Source: Thermoanaerobaculia bacterium
Lineage (GTDB): Bacteria > Acidobacteriota > Thermoanaerobaculia > Multivoradales > Multivoraceae
DNA: 64,000 bases
Assembly (NCBI GenBank): GCA_963666565.1
Contig: OY762911.1
Location: 3,392,001-3,456,000, forward strand
Direction of reading: 5' to 3'
This document shows positions 1-10,057 of this stretch, in pieces; within the stretch, counting starts at the first letter, position 1; each line of letters begins with the position of its first letter. Below the pieces are notes generated by a model. That model worked only from the letters and a program-made list of their open reading frames with translations. It was not told the origin of the DNA and did no database searches. Position numbers and translations under genes: made by a program.

Positions 1-894
1 TGGAACGCGGATCCGGCCCCGAACAACTACGCGGGCGTGACCGCCGGCGCGGCGATTCACGTGGGGCCGGCGCCGCCGGCCGGCTTTCCGGAGGAGTTCG
101 ACTTCGCCGTGCCGCTCGAGTGCCCGCAACTCGACCGCACAGGCCTGGAGGACGCGCTCGGCCGGCTGCCGATCCTGAACATCGATCACCACCCGGGCAA
201 CCGGCTCTACGGCCGCGCCAACTGGGTCGACACGAAGGCGCCCGCGGTGGCCGAGATGGTCATGCGCCTGGCGGCGGCGCTCGACGCGGACATCGACGAG
301 ACGACCGCCACGGCGCTGTACCTCGGCCTGTCGACCGACACCGGCAGCTTCCGGTTCTCGAACGCGACGCCGCGGGCCTTCGAGGCGGCGGCCGAACTCG
401 TGCGCCTCGGCGCCCGCCCGGAGAAGGTGGCCGGCTGGGTCTACGAGTCCCGGTCTCCGGGCGCGGTGCGGCTGCTGGCCGAGATGCTCGGAACGCTGGA
501 ACTACACCGCGGCGGCCGGGTCGCAAGCGCGCGCCTGGAACTCCCGATGTTCGAGCGCGCCGGAGCCGACCGGACGGACTCCGAGGGCCTGATCGACCAC
601 CCGCGCTCGATCCGCGGCGTCGAGGCCGTCGCGCTCTTCCGGGAGCGGCCGGAGGGAGACGTCAAGGTGTCGCTCCGGAGCCGGGGAACGATCGACGTCA
701 GCGCCGTGGCGGCCCGGCGCGGCGGCGGCGGCCACCGCAACGCGGCCGGCTGCCTGATCGAGGGCCGGGAGGCCGAGCGTGCCGTGCTCGCCGAACTCGG
801 GGCCGCCGTGGAGACCGAGGCAGCCGAGACCGAGGCGGCCGCGACGACCGGCGCGGACGAACCGCACGTAGCGGCGGGCGAGGCGACCCGATGA
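1..894 (+). CDS. nrnA: DHH/DHHA1 family phosphoesterase (NrnA-like), 5'-truncated by the window edge
   Basis: IDHH, TDTGSF and GGGH(RNAAG) motifs; typical position upstream of truB; frame open from position 1. Confidence 0.85.
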   Translation, partial: WNADPAPNNYAGVTAGAAIHVGPAPPAGFPEEFDFAVPLECPQLDRTGLEDALGRLPILNIDHHPGNRLYGRANWVDTKAPAVAEMVMRLAAALDADIDETTATALYLGLSTDTGSFRFSNATPRAFEAAAELVRLGARPEKVAGWVYESRSPGAVRLLAEMLGTLELHRGGRVASARLELPMFERAGADRTDSEGLIDHPRSIRGVEAVALFRERPEGDVKVSLRSRGTIDVSAVAARRGGGGHRNAAGCLIEGREAERAVLAELGAAVETEAAETEAAATTGADEPHVAAGEATR

Positions 895-1838
895 CTTCCG
901 GCGCCGAACGTCACGGCCTGCTGCTCGTCGACAAGCGGCCCGGCGGCACGTCCCATGACGTGGTCCGGACCGCGAGGCGGGCGCTCGGCGAACGAAAGAT
1001 CGGCCACTGCGGCACCCTCGACCCGAACGCTACGGGCCTGCTGCTCCTGACCGTCGGCCGGGGCACCCGGCTGACGCGCTTTCTGATCCAGGCGCCCAAG
1101 GTCTACGAGGGCGAGATCCGGTTCGGCGCGGCCACCGACACCTACGACGCGGCGGGCGAGACGACGTCCGAGGGCTCGACCGACGGACTGACGCCGGAGC
1201 AGGTGGCCGAGGCGATGAAGGAGTTCGAGGGGCCGCAGCACCAATTGCCGCCCCCCTACTCCGCCAAGAAGATCGGCGGCCGGAAGTACTACGAACTCGC
1301 CCGCCGGGGGCAGGACTTCGAGCGCCAGGGCAAGGACGTCGAGATCTACGAGTTCGAGCCGCGCGGCGCGCTCGGCGATCCCGGGCCCGACCTGATCGCG
1401 TTCCGGCTGAGCTGCTCCACCGGCGCCTACGCGCGTTCGCTCGCCCACGACCTCGGCGAGCGCCTCGGCTGCGGCGGCCACCTGGCGACGCTCAGGCGCC
1501 TGCGGATCGGCACGTTCGAGGTCCGGGAAGCGATCGACCTCGAGCGGCTCGAGGAAGCCGCGCGGGCCGGGGAACCGTTCGAGACAGCGGAACTCGGTTC
1601 GGCCTGGGTGCCGTTCGACGAGATCCCGCTGCCCTTCCCCACGGCGCCGATGGACGCCGTCCAGGAGCAGCGGGTCGCCCACGGCCAGACCGTCCTGGCG
1701 CCGGCCCTCGACGCCGGCGAGGGCGACTGGGTCCGTCTCACGGACGGCCGCGGCCGTTTCCTCGCGGTCGCCACGGTGGCCGAGCGGATCGGCGACCGGG
1801 GCTTGACGGTCGTCCAGCCGAGGATCGTTTTCCGCTAG
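891..1838 (+). CDS. truB: tRNA pseudouridine(55) synthase
   Basis: VDK..G.TSHDVV, GHCGTLDP, PPYSAKK, CSTGAYARSL; ATG at 891 overlaps the upstream stop (ATGA). Confidence 0.95.
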   Translation: MTSGAERHGLLLVDKRPGGTSHDVVRTARRALGERKIGHCGTLDPNATGLLLLTVGRGTRLTRFLIQAPKVYEGEIRFGAATDTYDAAGETTSEGSTDGLTPEQVAEAMKEFEGPQHQLPPPYSAKKIGGRKYYELARRGQDFERQGKDVEIYEFEPRGALGDPGPDLIAFRLSCSTGAYARSLAHDLGERLGCGGHLATLRRLRIGTFEVREAIDLERLEEAARAGEPFETAELGSAWVPFDEIPLPFPTAPMDAVQEQRVAHGQTVLAPALDAGEGDWVRLTDGRGRFLAVATVAERIGDRGLTVVQPRIVFR

Positions 1839-1845
1839 CCGCCCG

Positions 1846-1854
1846 TGCTACACT
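1846..1854 (+). promoter_or_regulatory. Extended -10 promoter (TGcTACACT) for rpsO-pnp
   Basis: TGnTAnnnT match just after the truB stop, ~100 nt before rpsO. Confidence 0.55.
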
Positions 1855-1955
1855 CCGCGCCGCGAAAGAACCGGGAACCACGAAGGAAACCGCAAGAAGG
1901 CGACACGAGAAAGAACAGCAGAACGGAACAAGCAGAGTCAGCGAGGAATCAGAGC

Positions 1956-2225
1956 GTGCCACAGACAACCGAAGTGAAGGACCAGATCATCCGGGACTTC
2001 CGTCTCCACGAGACGGACACCGGATCGCCCGAGGTCCAGGTCGCGCTGCTGACGAACCGCATCAACGAGCTCACCGAGCACTTCAAGGTCCACAAGCACG
2101 ACCACCACGGCCGGCGCGGCCTGCTGAAGCTGGTCGGACGGCGCCGGCGTCTGCTCGGCTACCTGCGCGACCAGAGCTTCGACCGCTACCGGACGACGAT
2201 CGAGCGTCTCGGCCTCCGCAGGTAG
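1956..2225 (+). CDS. rpsO: 30S ribosomal protein S15
   Basis: [30 protein letters not shown]; GTG start at 1956 after GAGG gives the canonical 89 aa. Confidence 0.97.
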   Translation: MPQTTEVKDQIIRDFRLHETDTGSPEVQVALLTNRINELTEHFKVHKHDHHGRRGLLKLVGRRRRLLGYLRDQSFDRYRTTIERLGLRR

Positions 2226-2425
2226 TCCCTGCGACGGTCGCGGCGCCCTGAACGGCGCCGCGCCCCGGAAAGAGACCCGCTCGGCCGCCCGCCCGGCGAC
2301 CGGACTCCAGGCGTTCCCACGCCGGAAGCCCCGCGTCCGCCAGGGAAGGCATGGACCCGGGAAGACATGAACCCGCCGGCAGAGGGCCGGCGGCGCACAC
2401 ACAGAGAAGGAAGCAAGAGACAAAC

Positions 2426-4711
2426 ATGAAGTTCACCAAGGACATCCCGATCGGGAACGCCACCCTGACCCTGGAATCCGGACGCCTGGCCAAACAGGCG
2501 AACGGTTCCTGCACCGTGCGGCTCGGCGAGACGATCGTCCTCACCACCGCCTGCATGGCGTCCGACAGCACGCCCCGCGGCTTTCTGCCCCTGACCGTCG
2601 ACTACCGCGAGTACACCTCGGCGGCCGGGCGGATTCCGGGCGGCTTCTTCAAGCGCGAGGGGCGGCCCTCCGAGAAGGAGATCATCACCTGCCGCCTGAC
2701 GGACCGGCCCCTGCGGCCGCTGTTCCCGTCCGGCTACTTCTTCGAGACCCAGATCATCAGCCTCGTGCTCTCCGCCGACCAGGAGAACGATCCGGACATT
2801 CTCGCCATCAACGGCGCGTCGACGGCCCTCGTGCTCTCCGACATCCCGTTCTACCACCCGGTCGGCGCCGTCCGGGTCGGCCTGATCGACGGCGAGATCG
2901 TGTTCAACCCGACCGGCGCCGAGCGCGACGTGTCCGACCTGGACCTGATCGTCGTCGGCACCGAGGACGCCGTGACGATGGTCGAGGCGGCCGCGAACCA
3001 GCTCGACGAGGACGTGATTCTCGACTGCATCTTCGCCGGCCACCGGGAACTCCAGAAGATCGTCCGCGCCCAGCAGGAGCTGTTCCGCGAGATGGACCTG
3101 GAGAAGCCCGACTGGGAGGCCCCCGAGGCCTACACGCCCGAGTTCCGGGCCGAGGTCGAAAACGCCATCTGGGACGACTTCACGGCGGCCCTGAACACGC
3201 CGGGCAAGTTCGAGCGCCGCGACGCGGTCAAGGCCGTCGTCAACGGGTTCGTCGAGAGCCTGCCCGAGGACGACGAGCGCCGGGACCAGGTCCGCAAGAT
3301 CGTCGGCGAACTCGAGGACAAGGCGCTCCGCGAGATCGTGATGAAGCAGGGCAAGCGCTTCGACAACCGGGCGCTCGACGAGGTCCGGCAGCTCGATACG
3401 GAGACCGGGCTGCTGCCCCGCGTCCACGGCTCGGCGCTGTTCCAGCGCGGCGAGACCCAGGCCCTGGCCTCGGTCACGCTCGGCACCCGGCGCGACGCCC
3501 AGATCGTCGAGGAGTACGAGGGGGAAACCCACCAGAAGTTCCTCCTCCACTACAACTTCCCGCCCTTCTCGGTGGGCGAGGTCCGTTTCCTGCGCGGCGC
3601 GAGCCGCCGCGAGATCGGGCATGGCGTGCTGGCGCGCCGGGCCCTGGTGCCGGTGCTCCCGCACGAGGAGGACTTCCCCTACACGGTGCGGGTCGTGTCG
3701 GAGATCCTGGAGTCGAACGGGTCGTCCTCGATGGCGACCGTCTGCTCCGGCTCGCTGGCGCTGTTCGACGCCGGCGTGCCGATGCTGGCGCCGGTCGCCG
3801 GCGTCGCGATGGGCCTGGTCAAGGATGGCGACGACTTCGCCGTCCTGACCGACATCGCCGGCCAGGAGGACCACCACGGCGACATGGACTTCAAGGTCGC
3901 CGGCACCCGCGGCGGCATCACGGCGCTGCAGATGGACATCAAGATCACGGGCGTGACGCGCGAGATCATGGGCCAGGCGCTGACCCAGGCTCGCGCCGGG
4001 CGGCTGCACATCCTGGACCACATGGCTGCCGAGATCGGCGAGCCGCGCGAGGAGATGTCGGACTACGCGCCGCGCCTGCACGTCATGCAGGTCGCCCGCG
4101 ACCGGATCCGCGACGTGATCGGACCGGGCGGCAAGACGATCCGCGGCATCACGGAGGAGACGGGCTGCCAGGTCGACATCGAGGACGACGGCCGCGTCGT
4201 CGTCGCGTCGCCCAACTCCACCGCGGCGGAGCGCGCGATCGCGATGATCGAGCGGCTCACCGAGGTGCCGGAGATCGACAAGGTCTACACCGGCCAGGTG
4301 CGCCGGGTGGAACCCTTCGGCGCGTTCGTCGAGATCCTCCCCGGCACGGACGGGCTGGTCCACATCAGCGAACTCGCGCCCTACCGGGTCGGCGAGATCG
4401 GCGACCTGGTTACCGAGGGCGACGAGATGACGGTCAAGGTCATCGACATCGACCCGTCCGGCAAGGTGCGGCTCTCCCGCAAGGCGGTCATCATGGACGC
4501 CCCCGACTTCGACCCGAAGGACTACGAGGGCATGGGCGTTCCGGCGCCGGCCGGCGGCGACCGCAGGGGCGGTCGCGGCGGTCCTGGCGGCCGCGGTGGG
4601 CGAGGTCGTCCCGGCGGACGCGGCGGCCGCGGCGGCGGCCCGGGCGGACGTGGCGGCCGGGGACGGCGTCCCCGTCCCGGCGGCGGCGGTCGCGGACCGC
4701 GCCGCGACTAG
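2426..4711 (+). CDS. pnp: Polyribonucleotide nucleotidyltransferase (PNPase) with RGG-rich C-terminal tail
   Basis: GRIPGGFFKREGRP, RREIGHG, ESNGSSSMA, GDMDFKVAG, KH and S1 domains. Confidence 0.98.
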   Translation: MKFTKDIPIGNATLTLESGRLAKQANGSCTVRLGETIVLTTACMASDSTPRGFLPLTVDYREYTSAAGRIPGGFFKREGRPSEKEIITCRLTDRPLRPLFPSGYFFETQIISLVLSADQENDPDILAINGASTALVLSDIPFYHPVGAVRVGLIDGEIVFNPTGAERDVSDLDLIVVGTEDAVTMVEAAANQLDEDVILDCIFAGHRELQKIVRAQQELFREMDLEKPDWEAPEAYTPEFRAEVENAIWDDFTAALNTPGKFERRDAVKAVVNGFVESLPEDDERRDQVRKIVGELEDKALREIVMKQGKRFDNRALDEVRQLDTETGLLPRVHGSALFQRGETQALASVTLGTRRDAQIVEEYEGETHQKFLLHYNFPPFSVGEVRFLRGASRREIGHGVLARRALVPVLPHEEDFPYTVRVVSEILESNGSSSMATVCSGSLALFDAGVPMLAPVAGVAMGLVKDGDDFAVLTDIAGQEDHHGDMDFKVAGTRGGITALQMDIKITGVTREIMGQALTQARAGRLHILDHMAAEIGEPREEMSDYAPRLHVMQVARDRIRDVIGPGGKTIRGITEETGCQVDIEDDGRVVVASPNSTAAERAIAMIERLTEVPEIDKVYTGQVRRVEPFGAFVEILPGTDGLVHISELAPYRVGEIGDLVTEGDEMTVKVIDIDPSGKVRLSRKAVIMDAPDFDPKDYEGMGVPAPAGGDRRGGRGGPGGRGGRGRPGGRGGRGGGPGGRGGRGRRPRPGGGGRGPRRD

Positions 4712-4732
4712 GCGCGGATCGGCGCGCGGGTC

Positions 4733-4803
4733 GGTGCGCGGGTCTTCTGACCCGCTGCCGCCGAAGGCGGCCAGAAAACGCGCCGGCCGAAGGCCGGCTC
4801 CAC
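4733..4803 (+). repeat. REP-like hairpin repeat family A, copy 1
   Basis: GGTGCGCGGGTC-TTCT-GACCCGCtgCCGCC-GAA-GGCGG...GCCGGCC-GAA-GGCCGGC; near-identical copies at 6374, 47070 and 56416. Confidence 0.9.
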
Positions 4804-5125
4804 CGTGGCGGCGCCGCCAGGAGGCGCACCCGTCCGGGCCGGCGTCCGGGCGAGGACTGTCGGCCGCTGCGGGACGTTTGCGGGGTTGTACCCGCCGGCC
4901 GGCTGAACGTCGTGCGCTGACGACCTCACGGTTGGCGCTTGCGTCCTCGCCCGGACACCGTCGCGGACTGGTCGTCGTCGGACTGCGGAGGTCGGCTCGT
5001 GGCTCCCGCCGGAAGCTGAACGGTCGGGCGGCGGTAGACGGGACGGCGGGCCAGGAGGTTCCCGAAACGCCGGAGGCGATGCTGACGGTGGTGTCGGCCG
5101 GCCGACTTGCCTCGGACAGCGAAAG

Positions 5126-6343
5126 TCAGTCGGCTGCGGCGCGCAGGGCGGCGCGGTAGACGTCGCGGAAGGGGACGTCTCGCTCACGGGCGATACGGCG
5201 GACGTCTTCGTACTCGGGGCCTGGCCCGAGAGAGCGGCCGGCGACGGTGGCGCGCTTGACCTTGACGTCGCCGTAGGGCGTCGTCACCGTGGAGATCGAG
5301 CGCGCGGCCTCCAGGCGGTCGACGATGGTACGGCGGCAACCCAGGGAGCCGGTTTCCAGGAGGAGGCGTTCGGCCAGGCGGGAGGACTGCTCCGGGCGGC
5401 AGATGACGGTCAGGGCTACTCCGGGGCGGGACTTCTTCATCTGCACGGCGGTGGCGAAGACGTCGAGAGCGCCGGTTTCGAGCAGGGACTCCGCGGCCTG
5501 GCCGATCGTCTCGCCCGTGGCGTCGTCGACTTGGCATTCCAGGACGGCGACCTGGCGCCACGGACCACCGGCGGTGACCAGGGGCGTCGTCCGCTGTAGG
5601 CGCAGGGCGTTGGGACGGTCGGGCACTTCCCGGCTGCCCAGGCCGATCCCGAGACCTTCGATCCGCCGCGGCGTTTCCGCGGCGAACGGCTCGAACTCGT
5701 CGACGAGTTCCCGAACGATGACGGCGCCGGTCGGCGTCGTGAATTCGCCCGCGACGCTGCCTGAGACGATCGGAACACCCTGGAGCAGGAGTGCCGTCGC
5801 GGGCGCCGGCACGGGCATCACGCCGTGGCGAGTCGACACCGTGCCGCTACCCACCACGATGGCCGACGACGAGACCCGGACCGGGCCGAAGCGCTCGAAC
5901 GCGACCGCCGCGCCGACCAGATCGACGATGGAGTCGTCCGCGCCGACCTCGTGGAAGTGAACCTCATCGAGGCCGACCCCGTGGACCTCGGCCTCCGCCT
6001 CCCCCAGCCGCCGGAACAGCGCCGAGGCGCGCTCGACGGCGCCCTGATCGAGGCCGCTCCCTTCGATCATGCGCAGAATCGTCGACAGACTCCGATGCGA
6101 AGCGCCCTCGCCGCCACTCCCCTCGACCGGACGCCCGTCCCGCAGCACGGAGAACCGGACTCCGGCCAAGCCGCCCCGCTTCGACCGCTCCGCCTGCAGT
6201 TCGACTCCCGGAAGTCCCAGCCGTTCGACCATCTCTTCAAGCAGTGCCATTGGCAATCCGAGGTCCAGGCACGCTCCCAGGAACATGTCCCCGGAGATCC
6301 CGCTCGGGCAATCCAGGTGCAGATGAAACGGACCGTCCGTCAT
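5126..6343 (-). CDS. larC: Nickel-pincer cofactor biosynthesis protein LarC (nickel insertase)
   Basis: DCPSGISGDMFLGA, VHFHEVGADDSIVD, HG.MPVPAPAT, TPTGA, MKKSRPG, PEYED. Confidence 0.93.
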   Translation of the reverse strand: MTDGPFHLHLDCPSGISGDMFLGACLDLGLPMALLEEMVERLGLPGVELQAERSKRGGLAGVRFSVLRDGRPVEGSGGEGASHRSLSTILRMIEGSGLDQGAVERASALFRRLGEAEAEVHGVGLDEVHFHEVGADDSIVDLVGAAVAFERFGPVRVSSSAIVVGSGTVSTRHGVMPVPAPATALLLQGVPIVSGSVAGEFTTPTGAVIVRELVDEFEPFAAETPRRIEGLGIGLGSREVPDRPNALRLQRTTPLVTAGGPWRQVAVLECQVDDATGETIGQAAESLLETGALDVFATAVQMKKSRPGVALTVICRPEQSSRLAERLLLETGSLGCRRTIVDRLEAARSISTVTTPYGDVKVKRATVAGRSLGPGPEYEDVRRIARERDVPFRDVYRAALRAAAD

Positions 6344-6373
6344 GGGAGGGACCCTAGCAATCCGAACGTAGTA

Positions 6374-6450
6374 GTGGAGCCGGCCTTGCGGGCGGCGCAA
6401 GTTTCCGGCCGCCTTCGGCGGGAGCGGGTCAGAAGACCCGCGCACCCAGC
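6374..6450 (-). repeat. REP-like family A, copy 2 (inverted relative to copy 1)
   Basis: Reverse complement reads GCTGGGTGCGCGGGTCTTCTGACCCGCTCCCGCCGAAGGCGGCC...AAGGCCGGCTCCAC. Confidence 0.9.
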
Positions 6451-6458
6451 AGGCGGCA

Positions 6459-6484
6459 GCCGGCGGGGACGCCGGCGTACCCAG
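6459..6484 (-). repeat. Short REP-like variant (GGGTRCGCCGGCGTCCNCGCCGGC)
   Basis: Reverse complement CTGGGTACGCCGGCGTCCCCGCCGGC matches 52527-52550. Confidence 0.65.
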
Positions 6485-6564
6485 TGTGCGAACAACTCGC
6501 CATCGGAGACGACCTGCGGCCGGCGCGGCTCCGGCGCCGCGTACCGCCGACCTGAATACGTCCA

Positions 6565-6738
6565 GCCAGCCGGGGGCCGAAGGAGGGGTCCCAGGGGGCT
6601 GGAGGCAACCGACTCCCCGCGCCGTTCCATGAACCGGCGCCGAGGCGAAGGGCAGCCGACCGAAGCGAGCGCCAACTTCCCTTGAACCGAGAAGGCGCGA
6701 GCGTCCCCTGGGACCCCCTCCTTCGGCCCCCGGCTGGC
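6565..6738 (+). mobile_element. Long-stem intergenic element family B, copy 1 (MITE/REPIN-like or structured RNA)
   Basis: ~33 bp inverted arms 6565-6597 / 6705-6738 (1 indel); core AAGCGAGCGCCAAC...AAGGCGCGAGCG. Confidence 0.6.
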
Positions 6739-6804
6739 GGGTGCGCCCCCGGCAGCCGCCTCGCGCCTCGGCGGCCAGCGCCAGCCCAGGCTGGCGGGTA
6801 CAAC

Positions 6805-7527
6805 TCACAACAGCCGCCGTTCGCGCATCGACGTCCAGCGCCGGCCGCCGGCGAGGACGAGGTGGTCGACGAGGTCGACGCCGACCGCGGACGCGGCGCG
6901 GGAGAGGCGGCGGGTGAAGGCGACGTCTTCGGGGCTGGGTTCCGGGTCGCCGCTCGGGTGGTTGTGGAAGACGACCACCGCGGTCGCGCCGAGACGGAGC
7001 GCTTCCTTGAGGACGGCCCGGGGTTCGACGGAGGTGCGGTCCAGGCCGCCGACGAAGTGTTCGCGCTCGGCGATGATCCGGCCGCGGACGTCGGTGTAGA
7101 TCGCTCCCATCGCCTCCTGGTCGAAGCGCGCGTAGCGGAGGTTGAGGTAGCGGGCGACCGACGCGACGTCGCCCAGCGGCTTCCGCTCCGGCAGTTGCGC
7201 CCGCGCCAGCCGCCGGGCCAGTTCGACCGCGGCCAGGACGGTGGCCGCCTTGGCATCGCCCAGACCCTTGCGGCGCAACGACGGCAGATCGTGCTCCACC
7301 AGCAGGCCGAGCGCGGGCAGGCCGCCCAGCCCCCGGCCCTCGTCGTAGAGCAAGTCGCGCGCGAGCTCGAGTACGGAGAAGCCGCGGTGACCGGTCCGCA
7401 GCAGAATGGCGACGAGTTCGGAGTCGGTCAGGACGCCGGGCCCGTGCGCGAGCAGCCGCTCGCGCGGACGTTCCTCTGCCGGGACTTCGCGGAGCGTGCC
7501 GGCGGTCGGCGGGGTGTTCGGGCGCAT
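6805..7527 (-). CDS. radC: RadC family JAB-domain protein
   Basis: EERPRERLL, LTDSELVAILLRTG, HNHPSGDPEPSPED, DHLV; GGAGG ribosome-binding site. Confidence 0.93.
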   Translation of the reverse strand: MRPNTPPTAGTLREVPAEERPRERLLAHGPGVLTDSELVAILLRTGHRGFSVLELARDLLYDEGRGLGGLPALGLLVEHDLPSLRRKGLGDAKAATVLAAVELARRLARAQLPERKPLGDVASVARYLNLRYARFDQEAMGAIYTDVRGRIIAEREHFVGGLDRTSVEPRAVLKEALRLGATAVVVFHNHPSGDPEPSPEDVAFTRRLSRAASAVGVDLVDHLVLAGGRRWTSMRERRLL

Positions 7528-7596
7528 CGGTCCTCCTGTGGACCTAGACGGATCCGGCGCCGGAAAGCCAGTCTTCGCTGGTACGCTGCCGCGGCC

Positions 7597-8529
7597 ATGC
7601 GCGGACTCGACCTGCCCGCGTTTCTGAGACTCGACGCGCCTGCCCGGGAACCCGCCGTCTCGGTGCTTCCCGTTCCCTACGAGCGGACGACCTCCTGGGG
7701 ACAAGGCGCCGTGAACGGACCGGCCGCCCTGCTGCAGGCGTCTCACTACGTCGAGCTCTACGACGAGGAACTGGAGGTCGAGCCGTGCCGCATCGGCATC
7801 GAGACGCTGCCGCCGGTGGACGTAGACGGCAGCGACGGGTCCGTCCTGCGACGCATCAGCGCCGCCGTCGAGGCCGCGCTTCGCAACGGACGGTTCCCGG
7901 CAGCCCTCGGCGGCGAGCACACGGTGACGCCGGCCCTGGTGCGGGGCGCGCTCGACGCCGGCGCCTCCAACCTGGGCACGCCCGACGCCGGCGCTGCCGG
8001 CCTCGGCGTGGTCCAGTTCGACGCCCACGCGGATCTCCGCCAGACCTATGGCGGCACGGCCTGGAACCATGCCTGCGCCATGAGCCGCGTGCTGGATCTC
8101 GGTTTGCCGACGCTGGCCGTCGGCATCCGTTCGCTGACCCGGCCGGAGGCCGCGCGGATAGCGAACGAGCGTCTCCCGATCGTCTGGGCGGAGCAGCTCG
8201 ACGCCCTTCCCCGGCCGGAACTCGAAGCCCTGTTCGAAGGGCTCCTGGCTTCGCTTCCCGAGACGGTGTATCTGACCTTCGACCTCGACTTCTTCGATCC
8301 GTCCGTGTTGCCGGCGACCGGAACGCCCGAGCCGGGGGGCGGCGACTGGTATCAGGCGCTGGCGCTGCTGCGCCGGCTGTTCGACCGCAAGCGGGTGATC
8401 GCGATGGACATCGTCGAGCTGGCGCCGATCCCCGGCAACCCGGCCAGCGACTTCACCGCCGCCAAACTGCTCTACAAGTGCATCGGCTACCGCTTTCGGC
8501 GGCAACTGGCCGGAATGGCCGACGCCTGA
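7597..8529 (+). CDS. speB: Agmatinase (ureohydrolase family)
   Basis: GGEHTVT, FDAHADLR, DLDFFDPS, TGTPEPGG. Confidence 0.88.
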   Translation: MRGLDLPAFLRLDAPAREPAVSVLPVPYERTTSWGQGAVNGPAALLQASHYVELYDEELEVEPCRIGIETLPPVDVDGSDGSVLRRISAAVEAALRNGRFPAALGGEHTVTPALVRGALDAGASNLGTPDAGAAGLGVVQFDAHADLRQTYGGTAWNHACAMSRVLDLGLPTLAVGIRSLTRPEAARIANERLPIVWAEQLDALPRPELEALFEGLLASLPETVYLTFDLDFFDPSVLPATGTPEPGGGDWYQALALLRRLFDRKRVIAMDIVELAPIPGNPASDFTAAKLLYKCIGYRFRRQLAGMADA

Positions 8530-8536
8530 ATCTCCG

Positions 8537-10057
8537 TCAGACGCCGATCAGTCCGCCCGCGACGTAGACCCAGAACACGATCAGCACCAGGCCGATCAGG
8601 TTCAGCCACACCCCGGCCCGGACCATCTGCGGGATCGTGATCTCGCCGGAACCGAAGACGATCGCGTTGGGCGGCGTCGCCACCGGCATCATGAAGGCGC
8701 AGCTCGCCGCCAGCGTGGCGGGCACGATGAGGAGCAACGGGTCGACGTCGATGGCCGCCGCCGTCGCGCCGAGAATCGGCAGGAACGTGACCGTGGTGGC
8801 CGTGTTGCTGGTCACCTCGGTCAGCAGGATGAGCAGGGCGGCCGCTCCCAGCACGAGGATGAGCGGGGGCGTCCCTTCGAGCACCCGCAACAGCCCGCCG
8901 ATGAACTGGTCGACGCCGGTGGCGCGGATGGAGGCGGCGAGGCTCAGGCCGCCGCCGAAGAGCACGAGAATGCCCCAAGGGGCCTCCAGCGCCTTCTTCC
9001 AGCTCAGCAGGAAGACGCCGCGGCGCGGGTCGACCGGGGCCGCGAAGAGGCACAGGGCGGCGGCGATGGCGATTCCCGCGTCCGTCAGGCCCGAGAACGG
9101 CGCGACGCCGCCGATCTCGACCTGAACGAGCCAGCTCCCGGTGGTCCACAACGCCGCGGTGACGGCGAAGATGGCCAGCACGCCCTTCTCGGGACCCGAC
9201 ATCGGCCCCATCTTCCGCAGTTCGCTGCGGATGAGTTCCGCGCCCCCGGGCACCTCCCGGATACGCAGCGGAAAGGCGACGCGCGTCAGCACGATCCAGG
9301 CCAGGGGCAGGAACAGCACGCTCAGGCCGAGGCCGAACGGCAGCCAGTCGGCGAAGGTGATCTCGCGCCCGTAGGTGTCGCTCACGAACGCCATCATCTC
9401 CAGGTTGGGCGGCGTGCCGATCTTCGTCGCGACCCCGCCGATGGACGCCCCGTAGGCCGTTCCCAGAAGCAGGCAGATGGCGAACGGGAAGGTGGCGCCG
9501 GCCGGCGGCGCCTCGTCGCCCAGGCGCTGGCGGACGAGACCGATCACCGACAGGGCGATCGGCAGCATCATGACCGTCGTCGCCGTGTTCGATATCCACA
9601 TGCTGAGGGCGGCGCTGGCGATCATGAAGCCGAGCACCACGCGCCGGGGCCGGCTGCCGACGAGCAGGATGATGTGGAGCGCCATCCGCCGGTGAAGCCC
9701 CCAGGTCTGCATGGCCAGCGCGATCATGAAGCCGCCCAGGAAGAGGTAGATGTTCGGGTGGGCGTAGGGCGCCGCGACCTGCCGGATGCCGAGCTCGCCG
9801 CCGGTCAGGAACGGAATCGCCGCCAGGGGCAGCAGCGCCGTGGCCGGCACCGGCAGGGCCTCGGACAGCCACAGCGCCGCCATCAGGACGCCTACCGCCG
9901 CCACCGCGCGGCCGGCGCCGGAGAGGCCGGAGACGATCTCGCCGTCGGCGCCGACGGCGGCCTCCGGAATCGCGAAGTAGACCAGCGCCGCGAGGACCGG
10001 CGCTCCGATCAGCCCGACGCGGGCGAGCGCGCCGGCGCCGCGGTCCCGTTCACTCAC
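8537..10057 (-). CDS. SLC13/DASS family sodium:dicarboxylate/sulfate symporter
   Basis: SMWISNTAT, IGTPPN, TEVTSNTAT, PVATPPNAIVF; many TM segments. Confidence 0.9.
   Translation of the reverse strand: MSERDRGAGALARVGLIGAPVLAALVYFAIPEAAVGADGEIVSGLSGAGRAVAAVGVLMAALWLSEALPVPATALLPLAAIPFLTGGELGIRQVAAPYAHPNIYLFLGGFMIALAMQTWGLHRRMALHIILLVGSRPRRVVLGFMIASAALSMWISNTATTVMMLPIALSVIGLVRQRLGDEAPPAGATFPFAICLLLGTAYGASIGGVATKIGTPPNLEMMAFVSDTYGREITFADWLPFGLGLSVLFLPLAWIVLTRVAFPLRIREVPGGAELIRSELRKMGPMSGPEKGVLAIFAVTAALWTTGSWLVQVEIGGVAPFSGLTDAGIAIAAALCLFAAPVDPRRGVFLLSWKKALEAPWGILVLFGGGLSLAASIRATGVDQFIGGLLRVLEGTPPLILVLGAAALLILLTEVTSNTATTVTFLPILGATAAAIDVDPLLLIVPATLAASCAFMMPVATPPNAIVFGSGEITIPQMVRAGVWLNLIGLVLIVFWVYVAGGLIGV

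Noticed and set aside
2240-2262. Intrinsic terminator after rpsO
   Set aside because: A GC hairpin is present but there is no U-tract, so it cannot be supported.
6344-6808. 155-aa N-terminal extension of LarC in the ORF track
   Set aside because: It runs through repeats; LarC homology begins at ATG 6343, which has its own -10 element.
6805-7527. RadC JAB domain as the protease for the Ubl-kinase fusion
   Set aside because: It is 55 kb away and is an ordinary full-length RadC; nothing links the two.
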